NCBI RefSeq assembly: GCF_006345805.1
Contig: NC_043022.1
Span: forward strand, 19,840,001 to 19,904,000
From: Octopus sinensis
Taxonomy: Eukaryota
Direction of reading: 5' to 3'
Length of the DNA: 64,000 nt
Shown: positions 1 to 12,430 of the stretch, piece by piece
Numbering within the stretch: the stretch's first letter is position 1
Layout of the letters: each line of letters starts with the position of its first letter
Notes under the pieces: model-generated
The model's database searches: none
Told to the model about the DNA's origin: nothing
Seen by the model: the letters and a program-made list of their open reading frames with translations, nothing else
Program-made: the position numbers and the translations under genes

Positions 1-1
1 T

Positions 2-280
2 TTGGAGTCTTTTAAAAAAAGCATAGCAAATAACAATGAAAAGTTGGAGTGGGAAATTACACCGCCCCAAAATTGGTTAAAAGAACTTGAAAGTAAGACG
101 GTGGTTTTGAGGACCTACTCTAGGACCCTCGACGCCATTGCCGTTTTCAGAAAGGATATGATCGAAAGAGAGCTGGCAGAATTTAAGCCAGCGATTAAGT
201 TTATCACTGGGGCGGGGGGTCAAATACGCAACCGTGTGGTTGCTGTTTGACTCCCCAGAAGTGGGCTGTGAATTTGCAAG
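2..280 (+). pseudogene. Degenerate ORF remnant, possibly LINE ORF1
   Basis: 82-aa open frame from the window edge. A frameshift would extend it (GRGVKYATVWLLFDSPEVGCEFA) up to the TIR at 281. No diagnostic motif. Confidence 0.2.
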
Positions 281-1900
281 GGATCTTTTCCTTTTGAACG
301 GCACATGTCAACACAATTTCTAGTTAACTAAACACTTTTAAACTTCGTATACTGGTAGAATGTATTTATAAAACATCATTTTTTCTTGGCTTTATTGAGA
401 AAATTTTATATGTTGTAACATATTTCCACTTTAATTTCAAGCATTTCGGCAATTTTAACCAATCGCTGACCTCCATTGACATAAACAACATTTCGTGCTG
501 TATGAATATGTCCCTCGTTTAAGAAACATATTGGGTTTATTTACATTTGCGAAGAAAAAAAGATACCCTTCCCCTAAATCTAAAATAGATTGAAATGGGT
601 ACTAGTCGCGTAGACTGGACCCGGTGCGCGCAGACGCGCTAGCCAGTCGTAGGTAGTCGATCCTACAGCAAATGAGTATTTTTCAACGATATACGGTGTA
701 TATTATTTCAAAGACAATTGCGGTTTTTTTTTCGTTACAAAACAATTAGAAGTATTGAAAAAAAAGCAAAACAGCCTTAAGGACAGTCAAACATTTTTTT
801 TTCAAAGTAGACCACTACAGGCGACAATTCACTTGTGTTTACTTTGAATAGCTACGGCAAACTTCGTTAACCATTCAGCTATGCTCGTTCTCTTTCAACT
901 GGAATTTAACCCCTGACCAACCCTAAATTATTAGACATTTTGGTCGTGGCCATCCCGCTTTGTTGTAAATCCAATACTGCATTGTTCAGTTTGACTTTAA
1001 AAAAAATTCGGCTGCTATTTCTAACAGCTCGGTGGAAGATATCTCTTGACCGAAGTTGTACAAGGTCTGTGTTTGCTCTTTGTTTTCAGTTTCTCCAAAG
1101 ACCCAACTGAACTCTCGTCTTTAACTTCAGCTGAACAGTTCCCAGTCCCAAGACTGCCTTGGTCTTGCAGACCTGATCAAAGGAGTTTATTTTTAACCAG
1201 ACGTAAAATAACCCTTTACTTCATAGAAATGTTTTATTTCTACGTGGGGGAAATTTGGTTACTATAAGTTTACATTGAAGAGACTTGGTCGTTGACAGGA
1301 ACCTCATAAGTTAACACAGTGAAGAGGCAATTAGTGTTATCTTCGTCTGTGATCTGTTACTGTACTACCCTTCCTCTATCTGTCTGGCAACTAAATTGGC
1401 TTGTCACCAGTAACCGATTTTCCTGATGAAGCCAACAGTAAAATTACCTTGTTGGGGAGGGGTTAAGCCAATTTTTTAAAACCTTTTTTTGAATTTTCAT
1501 GCTGCAGTTTGCCGTAGCTATTCAAAGTAAACACAAGTGAATTGTCGCCTGTAGTGGTCTACTTTGAAAAATAAATGTTTGACTGTCCTTAAGGTTGTTT
1601 TGCTTTTTTTTCAATGCTTCTAATTGTTTTGTAACGAAAAAAAAACGCAATTGTCTTTAAAATAATATACACCGTATATCGTTGAAAAATATTTCCTAAG
1701 CTTCAGTAGGGGCTCGCTATTAACTTAGTTTTTGCAGTGTTGCGCCTATCAGCTCATTTGCATACGCTAGTCGCTGTAGGATTGGCTAGCGCGGATGCGC
1801 GTCTCCGCGCACTGGGTCCAGTCTACGCGACTAGTACCTTGAAATGCAATAGATCGATACTAGGGTTATAATTATGGGTGACATTTTCATTTGACACCGT
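281..1900. mobile_element. One-ended TIR element, family M1 (GGATCTTTTCC terminus), interrupted by 598-1838
   Basis: 281 onward matches the TIR of the complete copy at 6073-6841. The host sequence resumes at 1847 after the nested insertion. No second TIR was found. Confidence 0.7.
598..1838. mobile_element. Non-autonomous DNA transposon M2, Merlin-like
   Basis: ~270-bp TIRs (GGTACTAGTCGCG...CGCGACTAGTACC; the right TIR has an extra segment) and an 8-bp TSD TTGAAATG at 590-597 and 1839-1846. GG termini plus an 8-bp TSD fit Merlin/IS1016. No transposase. Confidence 0.85.
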
Positions 1901-2750
1901 TAGAAAAAAATCCCATTTTCCGTAGCGGTGGCTATTGAAAAGGACACTTGCTCAAAGTACCGCGCAGGAGAACTAAATCCATGATCACGTGGTCGGGAAG
2001 CAAGCTTCTTAACCACACAACTATCAAATGCGCCATTTTCTTTTCGTTTCTTGTTGTTCAAATATACTTTATGAATTGAAAATTTTCAAAATTAACAGGA
2101 AATATGGTCGATAACAGTTTCTAATGACTTGGAAAGAACAAGAACTGTTTTTCACTTTCAGTTGGCATTTTCTTCTTATTTAATGTTTCAATTAGAATAT
2201 GTTTCAATTAGCCGTATGCCATTTCCACAATTAAATTATCAAATATATCATTCATATTGGACAAGTATCCGTAACACGATGCATTAGAGAGCTGACTGCT
2301 AAACTATACAACAGGTGAACAATTACATATCTTGCATGAAAGATAACTTTTCAAGAGAAATCTAATAGTATTTCATTAAACTTAATATGCGTTCATTAAG
2401 AAAGATACCCGTGTATTTATTGTCACTTTCCAGCCTGTCTAACGCCTGCTATTCTGCTTGATATGAGTTTACGTTGATGCATACATATGTACGTATGCTT
2501 ACATGTATGGATGGATGGATGTATGTACACACACTCATACTCACACATACATATATATACAAATACATATATATGCTTCTATATGTGTATATGTAAATTT
2601 ATGTGTGTAAATATGTATACATACGTGTGTGTGTGTGTGTGTGTGCAAATATATATATATATATATATATATATCCCATTATGTTTGAATGTTTATGTAC
2701 ATGTGTATATATACATGAGAAGGTTTATATGCATCTTTGCGAATGTATAC

Positions 2751-2785
<35 letters not shown>

Positions 2786-3291
2786 AATTTATTGATTTAC
2801 ATACTAATGTGTGTGTTTGTGCGCGCGCGTACCAATAGCGTTGTTCAAATTCTGGATTAATCATCGATTTCATTCCAGCTGTCAGAGTCGCTATCTCTCC
2901 TGAATATTGATATTAATCCACCTTTGTGAAACTAATGTGGATCAATATATGCACGCACGCGTGTGTGTATGTGTTTGTTCATGTGTATGTGTATATATGT
3001 GTGCAAATGTCCATACGCACACACACACACACCACACACACACATATAATTTTTCTAACATTCGTTGATCGAAGACAGAATTGATATCCTTACCTAATGA
3101 TATGGAGAAACGGTGGAATTTTAAGTAGGAATGAAATAATGGTCAATACAGCTTCAATAAATTTGTATTGAGTTCTCTACTTCTGAATTTATTTACCATA
3201 TACAGATAGCTAAATAGATATATAGATATATACACATACATATATAATACACACATGTATATATATATATATTATATATATATATATATAT

Positions 3292-3680
3292 GGATGGAAG
3301 CACTCCGTCGGTTACGACGACGAGGGTTCCGGTTATCCGAATCAACGGAACAGCCTGTTCGTGAAATTAACGTGTAAGTGGCTGAGCACTCCACAGACAC
3401 GTGTACCCTTAACGTAGTTCTCGGGGATATTCAGCGTGACACAGAGAGTGACAATGCCGGCCCTTTGAAATACAGGTACAACAGAAACAGGAAGTAAGAG
3501 TGAGAGAGAAAGTTGTGGTGAAAGAGTACAGCAGGGATCACCACCATCCCCTGCCGGAGCCTCGTGGAGCTTTAGGTGTTTTCGCTCAATAAACACTCAC
3601 AACGCCCGGTCTGGGAATCGAAACCGCGATCCTATGACCGCGAGTCCGCTGCCCTAACCACTGGGCCATTGCGCCTCCAC
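3292..3680 (-). mobile_element. tRNA-derived SINE, family C, tail type 1
   Basis: Head GGAGGCGCAATGGCCCAGTGG (A box) and GTTTCGATTCC (B box). Head and body shared with 46816, 55268 and 63693. Confidence 0.9.
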
Positions 3681-3747
3681 CATATATATATATATATATG
3701 CATGCATGCATGCATGCACATATGTGTGTGTATTTATGTATATATCC

Positions 3748-3938
3748 GCGTGTGTATCGTTTGCAATTTTTTTCCTCCGTCTTCCCTTCCTTGGATCTTT
3801 CCTTTTCCTATGTTTCTGACGAAGAGCTCCGCTCGAAACGTTAAATCATCCTTCTTTCTTTCCTTTCCTGAGCGTCCAATAACACTATACTTGTTCCACG
3901 TCCTCGCGTTGTTGTGTTTTCTCTTTGGATTAACTATA
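3748..3938 (+). mobile_element. Short hammerhead-containing element E1 (Penelope-like/retrozyme-like)
   Basis: Homologous to 22370 and 35897. At 3812-3846: GTTT-CTGACGA-A-GAGC(TCC)GCTC-GAA-ACGT-T-AAAT. Ends in (TA)n. Confidence 0.8.
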
Positions 3939-3941
3939 CGT

Positions 3942-4012
<71 letters not shown>

Positions 4013-4239
4013 GAAAGAAAGTCGTCAGAATTTTGGAAAAAAATCTTTTCATTTCTTCATTATTATTAATGGCGTTTCGCTCCTTTCTCGAACTTGTCAA
4101 ATAAAATTTTGTGAATGTATAAACAGCTTGTTCATTTATATAAAACATATGCTTTTGTTGGGTTTTTTTTTTGGGGGGGGGGAGTAGAAGAGAACATTGT
4201 TTTTGTTTTTTTAATGAGGTTCCATGACAATGGAAATAT

Positions 4240-4510
4240 AAGTAGATAGATAGATAGAAAAATAGATACATAGTCAGACAGATAGATAGATAGATAGATA
4301 GAAAAATAGATACATAGTCAGACAGATAGATAGAAAAATAGATAGATAGATACATAGTCAGACAGATATATAGATAGATAGAAAAATAGATAGATACATA
4401 GTCAGACAGATAGATAGATAGAAAAATAGATACATAGTCAGACAGATAGATAGAAAGATAGATAGATAGATAGAAAAATAGATAGATACATAGATAGTCA
4501 GACAGACAGG
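4240..4510. repeat. Compound GATA-derived minisatellite
   Basis: Repeated TAGATAGAAAAATAGATACATAGTCAGACAGA units. Confidence 0.9.
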
Positions 4511-4850
4511 TAGAGGGAGAGAGGGAAGGGGTATCACCATTATTTATTTATTTATTTAGTGCTTTTGCATTGTATTGGAATGGGTTTAATGATGGTGACC
4601 ACTTCAAAAAATAATAAAACAGGTGCGGTTTGGTCATCACTGAAAGTCATTTTGCTTTCTTTCTCTCTTCCCCTTTCCTTCTTTCTTTCTTTTTCTCCTC
4701 TTTGAGTTATATTCAGAATACAAGATGTACTGTTTCCCCTTTTCTTTCAAACATTCAATTTTGGAGGGAATGTTTTGAAGAAATGTAGTTCTGCATGAAA
4801 AAAACATTAGTATAATATTTGCAAAATAACAATTTATAAATAAATAAAAT

Positions 4851-4919
<69 letters not shown>

Positions 4920-4997
4920 CTTAAGCCAATACATAAGATTATTTAATTTATATTATTTATATATATAACAAAATTATTAAAAAAATATAATTAATAT

Positions 4998-5065
4998 AAC
5001 ACTACGATCGTTTCATGGCTGTTATTTTCTTAAAATTTTCGAGTTACAGTCATTCATCAGGTGGT
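4998..5065 (-). ncRNA. Type-I hammerhead ribozyme motif
   Basis: Minus strand reads ACCAC-CTGATGA-ATGACTGT..ACAGCCAT-GAA-ACGATCGT-A-GTGTT. Stem II pairs 7/8 and stem III is palindromic. A half copy near 10126-10144 has GTGGT, which would complete stem I. Confidence 0.75.
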
Positions 5066-5068
5066 TTA

Positions 5069-5137
5069 AATATCTACATGGCTTGGGGCATCTGGAGGGC
5101 GATATGTAGCACATATAACTACACCAAGTTGCCTTAT
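5069..5137 (-). pseudogene. LINE APE endonuclease fragment
   Basis: Translates IRQLGVVICATYRPPDAP. YRPP is typical of CR1/L2/Jockey-group APE domains. Confidence 0.5.
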
Positions 5138-5921
5138 ATATATATATAATATATATATATTATATATATATATAATATATATATATACATACACACACAC
5201 ACACACACACATATATATATCAAAATAAGCAACAAGAATGACTCCGGTAATTTGGTACAATCGTTTCGTACTACATCATTTTTTTAAATGTTGTAAGTAT
5301 TACAACAGATTTAAGATGCTGAGTACTCATCAGCCAATTATAGAGGTTTTCCATTAATACAAAAGTTTTCAAATCAAGTGGCAACATTATAGAGAAGGTA
5401 GATATACAGACAAAGATGTAGATTTAAATTTTAAGAACATATGAGGTAGTGAAGTCCTTCCACTGACTGACCAATATATATATATATATTGGGTGGAGGT
5501 GGAAACACGACTATTTTTAAGGAACCTTAATTCCACAGTATGCACAGTTTCAAATAGTATTTTAAATAAGATATATGAAAATTAGGCTTATGTGACACCC
5601 CGTACCCCTCGCACCCCACCCCCAATTAAATACCCTAATTTTCTATATTAATCATATAATCTCTTACAAATATATACTAAATTGCTTATGGATATGAAAC
5701 ATTTGATCATATTTCACAGTAGAAACCTTGTTTAAAACATCTGATGAGTAAAGATAGCAAAAACATTGAGATACAAGACAATTGCTTGGTTGGTTGGTAC
5801 CCCTCCAACATGGTAAAATTACAACTTTTCAATATGTGTTAAATGTAGTTTTTTTTTTTTTAATGCATGCATTTATTAAATGCTTTTCTTTTGTTTTATA
5901 ATTTTACAAAAATACCTACAT

Positions 5922-6972
5922 AGGCGCAGGGGTGGCTGTGTTGTAAGTAGCTTGCTTACGAACCACATGGTTCTGGGTTCAGTCCCACTGCGTGGTACCT
6001 TGGGCGACTGTCTTTTACTATAGCCTCGGGCCGACCAAAGCCTTGTGAGTGGATTTGGTAGACGGAAACTGAGGATCTTTTCCTTTTGAACGGCAGTTTT
6101 CAACACAATTTCTAGTTAACTAAACACTTTTAAACTTCGTATACTGGTAGAATGTGTCAAAATAAAACATTTTTTTCTCTTGGCTTTCTTGAGAAAATTG
6201 TAATTTGTAAGTTTAACGTAGTTTAATTTTTCGAATTTTAACCAATCGATGGCCTCTATTGAGCTAAAATCATTTGCTGCGTCTAAAACTGAGACATCAC
6301 TAACTCTAACCCTAAACCTAACACTGACCCTAACCTTAGCCCTAACACTAACCCTAAAGTTTAGCCTTTCGTTGTTTTTTTCTTAATTGTTAAAATAATT
6401 TAATTGTTACGCGTGTGCCTAAAATTATTCGTTTTGTTTTGAGATACACGTGTATTGTTTAAACTATTTTCCATTGCTTAAGAAAAAAAACGAAAGGCTA
6501 AAACGAAAGCAATGGAAAATAATTTAAACAATTAACAAACAAAATAATTCTATAATTTTAGACACACGCTTTCCGTACGTAAACATTCCGTACGTAAACA
6601 TAAAAGTGACAGGATGTTGTCTCAGTTTTAGACGCAGCAAATGATTTTAGCTCAACTGAGACCATTGATTGGTTAAAATTCGAAAAATTAAACTACGTTA
6701 AACTTACAAATTACAATTTTCTCAAGAAAGCCAAGAGAAAAAAATGTTTTATTTCGACACATTCTAACAGTATACGAAGTTTAAAAGTGTTTAGTTAACT
6801 AGAAATTGTGTTGAAAACTGCCGTTCAAAATGAAAAGATCCGAAACTGAAAGAAGCCCGTTGTATATATGTATGTATATGTGTGTGTGTCCTGGGATCGA
6901 TTTGCTCGACTAAAGGCGGTGCTCCAGCATGGCCACAGTCGAATGACTGAAACAAATAAATGAGTAAAAGAG
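5922..6972 (+). mobile_element. tRNA-derived SINE family A, split by a MITE
   Basis: Family-A head and body resume exactly after the duplicated GAAACTGA. Confidence 0.9.
6073..6841. mobile_element. MITE family M1, Merlin-like
   Basis: ~225-bp TIRs GGATCTTTTCC...GAAAAGATCC and an 8-bp TSD GAAACTGA at 6065-6072 and 6842-6849. Confidence 0.9.
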
Positions 6973-7015
6973 TATAAATTTAAAGTGTAATAATTTAAGT
7001 GTATAAAATTATATA

Positions 7016-7357
7016 ATGGCAACTAGAAGTAAAAGCCGTAATTCAGTATTTGGATTTCCTGCCGAATTTCCTATAGCAAAGGCTGATGTATTCCGACATT
7101 ATTTATACATAAGAAACCGTGAAGAACAGCAATCAAAAACCTCACCCAGAGCGAAAGAATGCTACCGGATTGTTGCTGTACGTGTTCAAACAATATGGGA
7201 CAACTTTTCTCTTCTTTATATTGGGTTTGGGGGAATAGCTCTAGAAATTAACAAAATACCTATCAGTATAAGAGGAGATAGTTTTGATATGATATTAGAG
7301 GAGTTCGATATAAAACGTTTGATATATGCACCTGCAGGTGTTGTGACAAACAAATAA
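7016..7357 (+). pseudogene. Possible DNA transposase N-terminal fragment (hATm-like)
   Basis: MATRSKSRNSVFGFP...DVFRHYLYIR...VAVRVQTIWD resembles N-termini I recall from hATm-type transposases. No catalytic domain or TIR seen. Confidence 0.4.
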
Positions 7358-7697
7358 AAAGATCTGACTATCATAGCCAAGGGGTCGAACATGCTATCAG
7401 TTTAGTAACAAAGCTTCTGAAATCAGAATAGGCTACTAAATAGACACAAATTCATATTAAATCTACAGAAATCAAAACAAAGTCTACCTCACTTTGACTG
7501 GCAAAGACAATGGTAATAGATAGTGAATACTATTAATGCTTATTTTATGGTGTTCACTGTTCGTGTATTTCGTTTGAGGTTCGTGCATAGTTTTTTTTAT
7601 TGCATATCATAATAGTCATTAAGTATTTACATTCTTTTAACGCTGAAGGTGCTTTTCTGAATATAGGCATTTTTATTTTTAGAAAATTATAAACAAA

Positions 7698-7843
7698 CAG
7701 GAGTGGCTGTGTGGTAAATAGCTTGCTTACCAACCACATAGTTCCGGGTTCAGTCCCACTGTGAGGCACCTTGGGCAAGTGTCGGGCTGACCAAAGCCTT
7801 GTGAGTGGATTTGGTAAACGGAAACTGAAAGAAGCCCGTCTAA

Positions 7844-7884
<41 letters not shown>

Positions 7885-8090
7885 TTGTGTTTGTCCCCCA
7901 ATATCGCTTGACAACCGATGGTGGTGTGTTTACGACCCCGAAACTTGAAGGTTCGACAAAAGAGACTGATAGAATAAGTACTAGGTTTCTAAAGATTAAG
8001 TCCTGGGGTCGATTTGCTCGACTAAAGGCGATGCTCCAGTATGTCCACAGTCAAATAACTGAAACAAGTAAAAGAGAGAGAAAAGAGTAA
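7698..8090 (+). mobile_element. SINE family A
   Basis: A box TGGCTGTGTGG, B box GGTTCAGTCC, central microsatellite and GAAACAAGTAAAAGAG tail. Confidence 0.9.
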
Positions 8091-8388
8091 ATAAATAAAG
8101 ATTCCAGTAACAGTTTTTTTTCAGGTGGGATTAGTGGTGGGGGTTGCATGTAATTTATAAAATGTTATATAGGTAATATTTAACCAATACAAAGTTAATA
8201 GCATTGACACAAGTTTACAGTTCCTTACATTTTCCGTATTCAAAACCCAGAATTAGTAGGATGGCTATGCGAGGGGTAAGGGTGGTCGCATACTTTTTAA
8301 AATTTAATTTCTCACACCAAAATGAACTCCAAGCAATATGTGGAATAACAATATAAAATTTCAACCCCACCCTAACACACACACACAC

Positions 8389-8435
<47 letters not shown>

Positions 8436-8536
8436 ATATATATGAGAGAGAGAGTGACAGACTGATTGAAAGATAGATAGATAGATAGATAGATAGGTAG
8501 ATAAATAGGTAGGCGGTAGGTAGGTAGGCCGGATAA

Positions 8537-8769
8537 GGCGGCGAGCTGGCAGAAACGTTAGCACTCCGGGTGAAATGCTTAGCAGTATTTTGTCTGCCGT
8601 TACGTTCTGAGTTCAAATTCCGCCGAGGTCGACTTTGCTTTTTATCCTTTCGGGGTCGATAAATTAAGTACCAGTTACGCACTGGGGTCGAAGTAATCGG
8701 CTTAATCCGTTTGTCTGCCCTTGCTTGTCCACTCTGTGTTTAGCCCCTTGTGGGTAGTAAAGAAATAGG
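8537..8769 (+). mobile_element. tRNA-derived SINE family B
   Basis: GGCGGCGAGCTGGCAGAA head, GAGTTCAAATTCC B box and GTAAAGAAATAGG tail. Confidence 0.9.
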
Positions 8770-9074
8770 TCGGTAGGTAGGTAGAGAAGTGTTTTACCCC
8801 TATCCTCATGAGCGAAAATTTACACCCCAGGTATTAGGCTGGTTCTTCTGTTAGTGCTCCTCTCATCATAAACGAGGAAATATTTCCACCAACCAAATAG
8901 TTATATACACAGACATGCATATACAACACAACACATGATTTTTAAAAAAAACTTTCAGGCTCGGTGGCCTCTCTCTCTCTCTCTCTCCTCATGCTACTAT
9001 TTCTCTTCCTCTCTCTCGTGCTACTATTTCTCTTCCTCTCTCTCACGCAGTAATTCATATGCAGTATGAATTCA

Positions 9075-9510
9075 CTAGCAGAACTTGAAGTAGTTCGGCG
9101 GTGCTACACCAAGAAGATTGAATCAATGAAACACTTGAGCTACTGGGTGAGACTAAAATAATTACGACTCAACTAACAGGATGGAAAACGGGTGAGCTGT
9201 GCGATGGCATACATGTGAACGCCAAACTTTGGCATCGTGAGTTATACCAACCTTCGAACAGGATGCCAATGCACTGTTCTAAAGGTATCAACATTCCCGT
9301 CGAGACTAAGGACCAAGCACTGCAACAGCTTGACTTCAAAGGCCCACATCTATTTAATATCTAAAATAATAGAGAGATCTACATGAGGTTGGAAGGCAGA
9401 AATTTTCAAGGAGCACCTTGACATTCTGCCATCCAAGATCCAAGATGAACCTACATCATAGCAACAAACGACGGCAGCAATATCAAACGCTTTCATTCAT
9501 CAAAAGCCAA
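9075..9510 (+). mobile_element. Old CR1-group LINE 3' fragment
   Basis: Homologous to 31640-32075 (CAACAGCTTG..TTCAAAGG.CCACA, GATGAACCTAC). Confidence 0.7.
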
Positions 9511-9597
9511 ACACAGAAGAATGGCCATTGAAAAGGTAATGATACTTGTGGCCTAGCATGGCTATAACCTTCGGGCTGAAACGCATAAAGAATGTGT

Positions 9598-9649
<52 letters not shown>

Positions 9650-9669
9650 ATTATATATATATTTATTTA

Positions 9670-9780
9670 TAGAAGGAGCTTCTACAGGACTAGAACTGTT
9701 TCATTCAAGAGAAATCTTCAGGAGCTTCCTGAAGATTTCTCTTGAATGAAACAGTTCTAGTCCTGTAGAAGCTCCTTCTA
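9670..9780. repeat. Perfect 54-bp-arm palindrome containing a degenerate hammerhead core
   Basis: Arms 9670-9723 and 9727-9780 are exact reverse complements around the loop GCT. CTGAAGA...GAAACAGT lies at 9729-9755. Confidence 0.9.
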
Positions 9781-10289
9781 TATAATAAATTAATTTTACT
9801 CTGCTATGTATTGAGTACCTTATTTACTGTGGTTAACCCCGAATCAACCCGGACCTACATATATATATATATATATATATATCTATAAAAATTAAATTAG
9901 AGATAAAACCACTATTAGGCAAATCAAACGTGAAAACATAAACCAAAACAAGAAATAAAATTAAGATAATATATAAAATATATAAAATTCTAAATTTAAA
10001 TTATTTAAATTTAAAGATAACAATTTAAAATTATTAATTTATATATATATATATTTGTGTTATTTATTTATTAAATATATATAACTATCAAAAAGTATAA
10101 GTTTAATATAAGATAAAAATTAAGACCACTACGATCGTTTCATGCCCATAACCTAATTTGTGTGTGTGTATGTTTGTGTGTGAGAGTGAGTGTGCACTCA
10201 CTCACACACACTTTGTATACATAAGGCAGGATTTTCCAGGAACTCTTTCACAGATACCATACTATTCTAAATATATCCTCATCATCACC

Positions 10290-10644
10290 ATTACTTCTGC
10301 CTTCACTGAGGTAGAAGTAATGATAATAATGTGTTTGTTTGTCCGTGGACAAAATATCTCAAAAACTGCCCAATGGATTCGGATGAAACTTTCAGGGATG
10401 TTTGGCCTCATGACTGGTACGGACTGATTAGATTTTCGGATTAGATTCTGGATTATTTTTCCTGTTTTATTTTCTTTTTTTACTTAATTTTTGAGAGCAG
10501 TCGGGTTCATTTTTAGTATTCTCATTTGTGAGAGCAGTCGAGTTTATTTCAGATATTCTCATTTTAAAAATCATCTCTAAGTAATCGTTGAGAGGACATT
10601 GGTGTTGCCTCGGCGGAGGTTTGCGCTCTCTGAGTGCTCTTGTT
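10290..10644 (+). mobile_element. Helentron/HINE (DINE-1-like) non-autonomous element
   Basis: 5' hairpin ATTACTTCTGCC..GGTAGAAGTAAT, GTTTGTTTGTCC block and 3' GGCGGAGGTTTGCGCTCTCTGAGTGC terminus. Confidence 0.7.
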
Positions 10645-11032
10645 ATCATTCAGTAGTTTTATTTTTATAACGTGCTTTCACTTCACTACCGAGCGCAGCT
10701 CTGTGTGCCTTGGGTATGTGCTGTGATTTGTTGTGATGCTGTTTATGGTTACTGTATTGAAAGTGTTTTGCGTAGGATTTGTGCAGTGCCTAGTAGTGCA
10801 ATTTTCTGTATGTTATATGTGTTTGTAAGTTCTGGTGTTTTTGTTATGTATTTGTCTGAATTTTTTTTTATCCTGCTAATGCACCTACTATGATAGGAAT
10901 CGTTTCTGTTTTTAGATTTCACATTCTGGTTACCTCTATTTCCAGGTCTTTGTATTTTGAAAGTTTCTCTATTTCTTTTAGAGACACGTTGTCATCTGCT
11001 GGTATTGATACATCAATTAGAAAGCATTTTTT
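10645..11032 (-). mobile_element. R4/Dong-clade LINE 3' end (RLE endonuclease C-terminus)
   Basis: Translates KCFLIDVSIPADDNVSLKEIEKLSKYKDLEIEV..IPIIVGAL..IQKIALLGTAQILRKTL with stops. Confidence 0.85.
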
Positions 11033-11869
11033 CCCTTGTTATCATTGTTTGTTGGTTGGTGTTGGTGGTGGTGGTTGTGTGTGTGTGGTGAAATGTATGC
11101 AAAAATTGTACAGAAATATAATCTCAATGCAAATGTAAACTAGACAGTAGACAGTAACTTCGAAATCTCAGCGCTATCCGTTTCGTATGTGTGTGTGGAT
11201 AGCAGTGATAGAGTGAAAAGAGAGATAAACCCAACGTTGAATTGATTAAACCTTCAGTTTTTTCTTCTTTGGCTCATATTTTTAAACCGGCTGGTAACCT
11301 ATTTAGTATTGACATTTATATTATTTAAAATGCACTTGTTAATTAATCAATTACTACTCTTATTCGAGTTTATTAATCCGTATGTTGGTTAAGAAATGAA
11401 TCTGTCTTTATGACCTTATGAAGTAATAGAAGCTTCATGCTTAACTAAACATTTCATCCTGATATCTCCCTTTGATCTGGCAGGCTATTGCCTTCACTTC
11501 ACGATTGATATCGTTATTCATATTAAAATCGGGTTTTCTGAGAGATTTTGAAAGAGCATCGCTTAAATAATAAATAAGTTTTCGCTCAAAATCTATCTAA
11601 ATATTTCATCATTCAAGCTAACCGGAAGTTTACAACACTTAGTCATCAAAATTCTGTAAAACATTCACCGATGTTGCTCATCGTACCATGGTCGTATTTC
11701 CGCATATCCCTTTTATAATTATTATCGCCAGGCAGTTATTTTAATATATATTCCTTAAGACGAAAGACTTTGGATATAAGTAGTCTTCGGTGTCCATTCC
11801 ATTCACCTTCATTTGTTAGTGTGCCATATGGAATTGTTGTAAGCTTGTAATGTTTGTGTCGGTGAGCGG

Positions 11870-12430
11870 GCAGAATTGTTAGCATGTCCGTCAAAATACT
11901 TAGCGGCATAGCTTCCGGCGGCGAGCTGGCAGAAACGTTAGCACACCGGACGAAATACTTAGCGGTATTTCGCCTGCCGCTACGTTCTGAGTTCCGCCGA
12001 GGTCGACTTTGCCTTTCATCCTTTCAGGGTCGATTAAATAAGTACCAGTTACGCACTGGGGTTGATCCAATCGACTTAATCCGTTTGTCTGTCCTTGTTT
12101 GTCCTCTCTCTGTTTAGCCCCTTGTGGGCAGTAAAGAAATAGGTATTTCGTCTGCCGTTACGTTCTGAGTTTAAATTCCGCCGTGGTCGATTTTGCCTTT
12201 CATCCATTCAGGGTCGATTAAATAAGTACCAGTTACGCACTGGGGTCGATATAATCGACTTAATCCGTTTGTCTGTCCTTGTTTGTCCTCTCTGTGTTTA
12301 GCTCCTTGTGGTTAGTAAAGAAATAGGCATATCTTCCGGCTCTTTACGTTGCGAGTACAAATACCGCCGAGGTCAACTTTCGAGATTGATAAAATAAAGT
12401 ACCAGCCAAGTACTGGGTTCGGTGTAATCG
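11870..12430 (+). mobile_element. Young SINE-B plus partial tandem duplicate nested in an older B-like SINE
   Basis: Duplication GGCATA(G/T)CTTCCGGC at 11905-11919 and 12326-12340. Confidence 0.8.

Noticed and set aside
4060-4105. Hammerhead-like TTGACAA..GAAACGCC on the minus strand; similar weak cases near 5740, 19820, 20600, 32160 and 57105
   Set aside because: Core or stems I/III fail to pair; at most decayed remnants.
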